NCBI GenBank assembly: GCA_049303795.1 | Contig: JBAQNM010000007.1 | Coordinates: 13,665 to 77,664, forward strand | Direction of reading: 5' to 3' | Source: Candidatus Moraniibacteriota bacterium | GTDB lineage: Bacteria > Patescibacteriota > Minisyncoccia > Moranbacterales > UBA2206 | DNA: 64,000 bases | Part shown: in pieces, positions 58,852 through 64,000 of the stretch | Numbering within the stretch: position 1 is the stretch's first letter | Layout of the letters: the number at the start of each line of letters is the position of its first letter | The notes under the pieces: generated by a model | Databases searched by the model: none | Seen by the model: the letters and a program-made list of their open reading frames with translations, nothing else | What the model was told of the DNA's origin: nothing | Program-made: the position numbers and the translations under genes

Positions 58852-59985
58852 ATGAATTACATCCCAAGATTAATAGAAAAACAAATAAAAGAGCGCTTAT
58901 TTAAGGGTAAACTGGTTATTTTGTATGGAGCCAGGCAAGTTGGGAAAACCACATTAGCCAAAAAAATATTGGCAGATTATGGCGAAGATGGCACATATTT
59001 TAATTGCGAGCTGTTGTCTGTTCAAAAAGGTCTAGCTGAGCCGGAAGCGGAAAAACTGAAAAAATTTCTGGGAAATTATAAAATTATTCTGTTGGATGAG
59101 GCACAAAACATTCCTAATATTGGAAAAATTTTGAAAATTATTGTTGACACCTATCCTGAAATACAAATTATTGCCACGGGCTCGTCTAGCTTTGACTTGG
59201 CGCAAAAAATTTCCGAACCAATGACGGGTAGGACTTTTACTTTTATGCTTTATCCTATTTCACTTCAAGAAATTAATCAAAAAGAAGACTTACTTTCCAT
59301 AGAAGCTAAGTTGGAAAATTTTTTAAGATTTGGAAATTATCCGGAAATTCTTTTTTTGGGAGAAGCTGAATCCATTGAGAGGCTGCAGGAGATTTCTTCT
59401 AAATATTTATATAAAGACATTTTGAGTTTTGAGGGCTTGAAAAAATCAAGTCTCGTCAAAAATTTGTTAGAGCTGCTAGCTCTCCAACTAGGCAATGAAG
59501 TTTCTTATAATGAATTGGCGGTTAATTTAGGAGTTGATCGACTCACGGTGCAAAAATATATTGATATATTAGAGCAGGCTTTTGTGATTTTCAAACTGAA
59601 TGCTTTTTCGCGAAATTTGCGCAAAGAAATTTCTAAATCAATCAAAGTATATTTTTATGATCTGGGGATTAGAAATAGTCTGATTGAAAATTATAACCCG
59701 CTAGACATCCGAAATGATGTCGGGGCGCTTTGGGAAAACTTTTGTATTCTAGAAAGAAAAAAGAATAATGATGCGGAGTTTAATTTTGTCAACTCATATT
59801 TTTGGCGGACTTATGATCAAAAAGAAATTGATTATATTGAAGAAAGCGGAGGGAAAATTCGCGGATTTGAATTCAAATGGAATGAAAAAAAGAAATTTAA
59901 GGTTCCAAAAGAGTTTATTGAGAAATATGGTGCTACGGTGGAAAAAATTGATAGGAGCAACTATTGGAAGTTTTTGAATCTATAA
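58852..59985 (+). CDS. AAA-family ATPase with C-terminal DUF4143 domain (AAA_14/DUF4143 architecture)
   Basis: Walker A LYGARQVGKTTLAK and Walker B ILLDEAQ, then the long C-terminal domain typical of the DUF4143 family. Confidence 0.78.
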   Translation: MNYIPRLIEKQIKERLFKGKLVILYGARQVGKTTLAKKILADYGEDGTYFNCELLSVQKGLAEPEAEKLKKFLGNYKIILLDEAQNIPNIGKILKIIVDTYPEIQIIATGSSSFDLAQKISEPMTGRTFTFMLYPISLQEINQKEDLLSIEAKLENFLRFGNYPEILFLGEAESIERLQEISSKYLYKDILSFEGLKKSSLVKNLLELLALQLGNEVSYNELAVNLGVDRLTVQKYIDILEQAFVIFKLNAFSRNLRKEISKSIKVYFYDLGIRNSLIENYNPLDIRNDVGALWENFCILERKKNNDAEFNFVNSYFWRTYDQKEIDYIEESGGKIRGFEFKWNEKKKFKVPKEFIEKYGATVEKIDRSNYWKFLNL

Positions 59986-60079
59986 AAGATCTCGCCGAAC
60001 TTTGCGCTTTTTCTAAGCAAAAAATTGAGGAATAAAAGAGAAGGAAGAGTTGATGAAGAAAAAGTATTGGGTGGAATAA
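59984..60079 (+). repeat. Decayed duplicate of the cca 3' end (copy 3 of 3), followed by a terminator-like hairpin
   Basis: aaaagatctcgccgaactttgcgctttttctaagcaaaaaattgagg...gatgaagaaaaagtattgggtggaataa aligns to the last ~100 nt of cca. It is followed by the hairpin aaaaggcagtgatcagg/gatcgactgcctttt. Confidence 0.75.
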
Positions 60080-60156
60080 AATATTTTTTGGACAAATAAA
60101 AAAGGCAGTGATCAGGTTTGATCGACTGCCTTTTACGATTTAGAGGCATAATGGTT

Positions 60157-60561
60157 TTAAGGAGCAGGGAAATGTGGGCTGTATAATGGTCCCACGAAAG
60201 AACCGTTTGCTTTAAGAATATAATCGACAGCATCGTCTTCATTTATAAATCTTTCACAAAACCATACATGAGCAGTATTGGGTATTCTTGGGTCAGTGTT
60301 TTCGGCGCAGATTTGGCAGGCTGCTACGTTCACCCCATTCTCCTTAAAACCAACAACAAGAGGTGTTGTGCCAATAAGAAATTTTGATAAACTTTCCCCT
60401 CTAAATTTAATATAAATCTCTTCTCCCAAATTCTTTGGATCTAAAACCCAGTCAGGACAATAAAGCATAGAATTATCTTCTGTTTTATCCCTAATCTCTT
60501 GTTTGGGATTCTTAGTTTTAGAAAAACACAATTTTTCTAAAAGATTACGTACGTTTTCCAT
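60157..60561 (-). CDS. Hypothetical protein
   Basis: 134-aa Cys-containing ORF (CPDW..CQIC..WFCE). It shares a near-identical 5' leader with the next gene. Confidence 0.4.
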   Translation of the reverse strand: MENVRNLLEKLCFSKTKNPKQEIRDKTEDNSMLYCPDWVLDPKNLGEEIYIKFRGESLSKFLIGTTPLVVGFKENGVNVAACQICAENTDPRIPNTAHVWFCERFINEDDAVDYILKANGSFVGPLYSPHFPAP

Positions 60562-60630
60562 TTTTCTACTCCTTTACTTAATTTTCACTAGGCTCGTTAT
60601 TTATTCTCGCGAGCCTTTTGCGAGGCTTGA

Positions 60631-61137
60631 TTATTTATCGGCAAGATAAATGTAGTGGCCTAATCTTTTTAGGTCATCATCATGATTTACATCTACGAAG
60701 CCACTTTTCATTAAATCTGATTGTAGCTTGGCAAGAAGTTTGAATTCTTCTTTGGAGGGATGAGAAATGATTTCCTCAATTTCCTTGGGTTTCATTATGG
60801 TTCCTGCCCAAAAAAATCCTTGGTCATGTCTTGTCTTAAACTGACCGCCACAAATATTTTTCTCCCCAAAAATTTTCCCACTTTCAAGTAAAGCTAATAC
60901 CTGCCTTGCGCAACGAAGTTTGTAGATATTATATAAAGCCCCATCTTTTTCAATTCCAGCATTTCCGAGGGCTTCTCTTACCCTATACCAATCGCCTTCC
61001 TCCAGCCTCCATTCAGCAACGAATAAATATGCGGAAGAGTCCATACCCTCTTCATCGACCATTTTTAGCAGAGCAATAATTCCTTCCACTGTTTTTTTCC
61101 AATCCATGGTTTCTACCAGTTTTTTAATTTTTTCCAT
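60631..61137 (-). CDS. Hypothetical protein
   Basis: 168-aa ORF. It is preceded by a palindromic leader and is divergent from the TrmB-like paralog 4. Confidence 0.4.
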   Translation of the reverse strand: MEKIKKLVETMDWKKTVEGIIALLKMVDEEGMDSSAYLFVAEWRLEEGDWYRVREALGNAGIEKDGALYNIYKLRCARQVLALLESGKIFGEKNICGGQFKTRHDQGFFWAGTIMKPKEIEEIISHPSKEEFKLLAKLQSDLMKSGFVDVNHDDDLKRLGHYIYLADK

Positions 61138-61218
61138 TTTTCTCTCCTTTGCCTAATTTTCATTAGGCTAAAATTTTTTCGCCAGTGTAGCTCTCGATCA
61201 ATTCGCCTAATTGCGAAC
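61138..61218 (-). promoter_or_regulatory. Operator-like palindromes in the leader/divergent control region
   Basis: gcctaatTTTCattaggc (61151-61168) and ttcgcctaattgcgaa (61203-61218). The first, together with the RBS, is duplicated upstream of ORF 60157..60561 at 60562-60597. Confidence 0.4.
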
Positions 61219-61464
61219 CCGTGCCTTTGTGATTTATTTAGTTTTTAATGAACCTGCTAAGTTTCCAATTGGACTATCCAAATTTTCAGCTTAACAAAAT
61301 AGTATACATCAAAAATAGTAAAATGTCAAAACTTATGGTCAAAAAAATATATAGCATTTTTATCTAAAGATAATAATGCTTTAAAAATAGGCTATATTGA
61401 CAAATTAAGCTAGTTTGATATAATGTAAATGTTGACGATAATGGTGGTCATATAATAAAATATC

Positions 61465-62247
61465 ATGGAAATTAAGGAAGTTTTGGAAAAATTTGGGCTA
61501 AAGGGGAGAAAAGCGGATGTTTATCTGGCGACTTTGGAATTGGGAAGTGCCAGCGTGATTGAAATAGCTAAAAAAGCCCAGATTAAAAGAACTACTTGCT
61601 ATAATGTGCTGTTGGATCTTATCGACGAAGGCTTGATTTCGCAGATAACCAAAGGGAAAAGAAAATTATTTATTGGTGAAGACCCAAAAAAAATAATGGA
61701 GGAAATAAAGAATAAAGAGAGACTATTTTCTGAAATTTTGCCTCAACTCCAGTCCATTCACAATATCAAGACGGGTAAGCCAAAAATGCGCTATTTTGAA
61801 GGAAAAGAAGGGATAAGAGAAGTGCGCGAAGACACATTAATGCATGGTGGAAAAGAAATATTAGCCATATATTCATATGATATTATAGATATTCTCGGCA
61901 AAGAATTTACGGATAATTATATTAAAAAAAGAATCCAAAAAGGATTTCATGTTAGAACAATTGCTCCGGATGATGATGAGATGATAAAAAATTACACAAC
62001 CAAGGATCAAGAACAATTGAGGAGCACAAAACTTATCAGTGCCAAGGATTTTCCTTTTTCAATCGAAATCCTTATTTATGGCAATAATTATGTGGCGCTA
62101 ATTTCCGCCAAGGAAGAAATAGGACTGATTATAGAAGGCTCAGAAATTCACAAAACCATGAAACTTATTTTCGAGCTGATTTGGAAGTTGTTACCGGAAA
62201 TAAAAGTGAAAGAAAGATATTTGTCAGTGAGCAAGGAGGAAAAATAG
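61465..62247 (+). CDS. TrmB-like HTH transcriptional regulator, paralog 4 of 4
   Basis: wHTH KGRKADVYLATLELGSASVIEIAKKAQIKRTTCYNVLLDLIDEGLI plus a C-terminal domain. Confidence 0.6.
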   Translation: MEIKEVLEKFGLKGRKADVYLATLELGSASVIEIAKKAQIKRTTCYNVLLDLIDEGLISQITKGKRKLFIGEDPKKIMEEIKNKERLFSEILPQLQSIHNIKTGKPKMRYFEGKEGIREVREDTLMHGGKEILAIYSYDIIDILGKEFTDNYIKKRIQKGFHVRTIAPDDDEMIKNYTTKDQEQLRSTKLISAKDFPFSIEILIYGNNYVALISAKEEIGLIIEGSEIHKTMKLIFELIWKLLPEIKVKERYLSVSKEEK

Positions 62248-62334
62248 TTCAAAATATTTGATTGGTCAGATATTTTCAAAAAATGCTATAATTATAATAA
62301 GTAAACGGTTTAAAAAATTAAATAGCATAAATAT

Positions 62335-63960
62335 ATGGAAAAGTTTAATCCTGTAAATAAAGCAATAGAAGAGGCGTATAGAAAAATTCATACCAATCCT
62401 GATTTTTATGCAAAGAATGAAGGAAGCTTTGAGGAGAAGCCGGACCTCACTCCCTTGGATACTTTTGCTATACCGGCTGAAATACTTGAAAGTAAAGAAA
62501 CGTTCCTAGAGTGGTTTGAACCAAGATTTTTCAAATTTAGCGATGAAAAAGGTGGCATCGACAAGAATGCTTTGGCGGAATTTTCCAAAGATTTGCAGGA
62601 GGCGGTTGATTTTTTGAAAAGCAATCCCTATATTCTTTCTCCACGTGTCGATAAGGGATTTGCACTTTCAAAAAAGCCTGGAGATAAAGTTGAAGCTGGA
62701 TTTGATAATTTAGAGGAGGTAATGGCATTTTTCAAGAAAGTTGCCGTTGCAAATACTTCTGAAAATACTAAAGATTATTTCTCTCCAGATAGAAAGTCTC
62801 TTACCGGAGGGGAAAAAATAACGCATTGTCGGATTTTAAGTGTGGCCTATGTGATTGAGCGGATAAAGAAAAGCCATGCTTTTCGAGATTTTCTCGAACA
62901 TTCGCGATTTGTTTTAGGACGAGATAAGGAAAAAGGACCAGAATCGGGAATTCTTTCTAATCTTGTTATTCCGAAAGAACTGGATATTTTGTTAGATAGG
63001 GAATCAGAGGCACTGAAAATTTTCGAGTGGGTAGAAAGAAACCAAAAGGTTGCCGGGTGTAATTTTAATAATATTGGCGAAGAAGAAAGAAAGCATTCAT
63101 ATCATATTCCAGAAGTGCAAATTGGAATCAAAGAGGGTTTACGAACTTTTTTGAAATATTTAAGAAGTCCAAAAGAAGCTTTCAAAATTGCAGATGATTT
63201 TTTGCGTTTCCGTTTTATTTTTAACGATAATATGGAAACGGAAAAAATGCTTGAGCTGATGCATGATATTCAAGCGGAAGCGAAAAGGAAAAAAGATCCA
63301 AGAGTAGAGATTGAATTCCGGGAAAAGAATTATCTTTCCGAAGAGGATCTAGAAGCATATTTTCCGGAAAAAAGTAAAAAGGGGAATAAGCGAAAGGGAA
63401 TCTTAGATAATATTAAAATTGACAAGAATCCGGCTTCAGGGAAAGGATATAAGAATATGTCAGCCAAGGTGAAGCTGTATAATCCTGGCGGAAGGAGATA
63501 TTATTTTGCTTTTGAAATTGTGTTTGTTCGAAAAAGTGAACATAGAGAAAATGAAAGACTGGAAAGGCCAGCTAATCATTTTTTGATGGAGATGAGACAA
63601 TCAACTGAGTTGACTTCTCGTATGACAGGAAAAATGAAAAAAGAAGAGATGATTCTAGCTTTGAAAAATTATTTAGAAATAAACATAAAAACAGAGGAAA
63701 TTCCCAGTGTGCTTATTGGTGATGCCAAAGATTCTGAACGTTATGGATCCTCAGTTATGGAAGTTGATTTTGCAGGTTCGATTGACAAAAAGGCGCAGAT
63801 TCTTTTTGACTTTTTGTTGAATGAAGGAACGATAAAAAAAGTATCGGCTGATTTTCCTTCTCAAAAAAAACCTACTCAGAAAAAAAGAGATCAATCAGTT
63901 TGGTATATTTGGGGGGCTAATAGGGACAGAATCCTGGATGCTTCTGGTGCAGAAAAATAA
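62335..63960 (+). CDS. Hypothetical 541-aa soluble protein downstream of TrmB-like paralog 4
   Basis: Long ORF with charged, mixed composition and no motif recognised by eye. Confidence 0.45.
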   Translation: MEKFNPVNKAIEEAYRKIHTNPDFYAKNEGSFEEKPDLTPLDTFAIPAEILESKETFLEWFEPRFFKFSDEKGGIDKNALAEFSKDLQEAVDFLKSNPYILSPRVDKGFALSKKPGDKVEAGFDNLEEVMAFFKKVAVANTSENTKDYFSPDRKSLTGGEKITHCRILSVAYVIERIKKSHAFRDFLEHSRFVLGRDKEKGPESGILSNLVIPKELDILLDRESEALKIFEWVERNQKVAGCNFNNIGEEERKHSYHIPEVQIGIKEGLRTFLKYLRSPKEAFKIADDFLRFRFIFNDNMETEKMLELMHDIQAEAKRKKDPRVEIEFREKNYLSEEDLEAYFPEKSKKGNKRKGILDNIKIDKNPASGKGYKNMSAKVKLYNPGGRRYYFAFEIVFVRKSEHRENERLERPANHFLMEMRQSTELTSRMTGKMKKEEMILALKNYLEINIKTEEIPSVLIGDAKDSERYGSSVMEVDFAGSIDKKAQILFDFLLNEGTIKKVSADFPSQKKPTQKKRDQSVWYIWGANRDRILDASGAEK

Positions 63961-64000
63961 TTTTTTATAATAGTATGGAAAAATTGAGAAACGCTACGCT

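Noticed and set aside
63960-64000. Possible fourth cca 3'-end copy at the window edge (aaaaattgagaaa)
   Set aside because: Only a 13-nt match in AT-rich sequence, which is not significant.

Overview
This is a low-GC window (about 30-35% by eye) that uses the standard genetic code: long intact ORFs end in TAA, TAG and TGA. Its gene content looks like a Candidate Phyla Radiation/Patescibacteria-type monoderm genome.

(1) Positions 1-17.3 kb are almost entirely minus-strand and form a Gram-positive-style type IV secretion/conjugation-like module. It has a PrgI/VirB3-like protein, a VirB4 ATPase split into two coupled ORFs, a VirB6/TrbL-like polytopic protein, tandem paralogous hypotheticals, two pilin-like proteins with C-terminal peptidoglycan-hydrolase-like extensions, and a giant anchored surface protein. 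No relaxase or coupling ATPase is visible.

(2) A housekeeping backbone is interspersed: UbiA-family prenyltransferase, ksgA with a yabE-like neighbour, comM/yifB, lspA, a TraR/DksA zinc-finger protein, yraN, pnp, rpsO, pcrA/uvrD, a LysM-CHAP hydrolase, a Xer recombinase, tRNA-Met, tRNA-Val, ftsH, tilS, cmk-rpsA, tRNA-Ala, gyrA, an MBL-fold protein, tRNA-Arg and cca.

(3) Several small accessory islands are present. Each is associated with a paralog of a TrmB-like HTH regulator (four copies). Two are bounded by decayed direct duplications of the 3' ends of housekeeping genes: the gyrA 3' end is duplicated around a 4.6-kb island that carries a markedly GC-richer B12-binding radical SAM gene, and the cca 3' end is present three times, delimiting two tandem islets (a methyltransferase with a TrmB-like gene, and a DUF4143 AAA ATPase).

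(4) The most unusual structure is an O-antigen-ligase-family (Wzy_C-like) gene carrying ten in-frame copies of an 18-24 bp perfect palindrome with the core TGTTCCACGTGGAACA. The copies sit partly in mini-arrays with an exact 41-bp period and unique 23-bp spacers.

No CRISPR array, rRNA or obvious transposase was seen. Function calls rest on motif-level recognition by eye and were not confirmed by database search.
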